DNA from: Vicinamibacterales bacterium
GTDB lineage: Bacteria > Acidobacteriota > Vicinamibacteria > Vicinamibacterales > JAMQPK01
DNA length: 64,000 nucleotides
Direction of reading: 5' to 3'
NCBI GenBank assembly: GCA_963775345.1
Contig: CAVZIS010000002.1
Location: 44,179 to 108,178, forward strand
A model generated the notes under the pieces. It saw nothing but the letters and a program-made list of their open reading frames with translations, was not told where the DNA came from and made no database searches. Below are positions 63,834-64,000 of the stretch, one piece after another; positions within the stretch are counted from its first letter, which is position 1, and the number at the start of each line of letters is the position of its first letter. The position numbers and the translations under genes were made by a program.

Positions 63834-64000
63834 CAGAGACGGTTTTCGAAGCGGTGCGTGAAGTGGTCTGCGGCCCGGGGGCGACGTTCCAGAATCTGAC
63901 GCTCTTGCCTCTGATCGCCGATCGCGACCGTGCTGCGGATTACATCGTGCTGGACGAAGCACTGGTAAAGAGGTGGATAGAGATCACGGAGGCAAGCGAG
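63834..64000 (+). CDS. hypothetical protein (3' end outside window)
   Basis: ATG with AAAGGAG 6 nt upstream. It encodes MTATETVFEAVREVVCGPGATFQNLTLLPLIADRDRAADYIVLDEALVKRWIEITEASE and is open to the window edge. Confidence 0.5.

Overview
High-GC (about 65%) bacterial chromosome segment. The gene content suggests Acidobacteriota: a CarboxypepD_reg-type TonB-dependent receptor, a Ser/Thr kinase fused to TPR repeats, a PEP-CTERM protein and an alternative complex III. This is inference only. Bases 1-37,000 are core metabolism: a CHAD/SixA/GlgC polymer-storage neighbourhood, an OmpR/PhoB-type regulator, MsrA, pstSCA with a Pho-box-like repeat, an OprP-type porin, divergent arsM/arsR, a large TonB-dependent receptor, and a 12.5 kb minus-strand respiratory supercluster (actABCDEF, small membrane protein, SCO, ctaCDEF, MOSC). 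A DUF1080 protein, a LysM / FtsZ-tubulin-like GTPase / GGDEF operon, a PQQ sugar dehydrogenase and a kinase-TPR gene follow. Bases 37,000-64,000 look accessory. They hold a TIR / kinase-like / globin fusion, a TetR-glycosyltransferase-multicopper oxidase operon, and at least five toxin-antitoxin modules (HigBA, VapB plus decayed VapC, Phd-zeta, Xre-RES, Phd-VapC). They also hold an 862-aa beta-helix/FG-GAP protein, an ARH plus bacterial-PARG operon bracketed by inverted methyltransferase paralogs with a decayed second ARH copy, an AT-rich degenerate repeat array, decayed HNH and SF1-helicase genes, an FRG-domain gene and an uncharacterised two-gene operon. I found no rRNA, tRNA, CRISPR array, integrase or transposase. 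By manual reading, roughly 40-50 places in conserved genes change reading frame. Many genes are therefore reported as one span with a frame-disruption note. I cannot tell assembly indels from true pseudogenes without reads. All family calls rest on motifs read by eye from the ORF translations. No searches were run.
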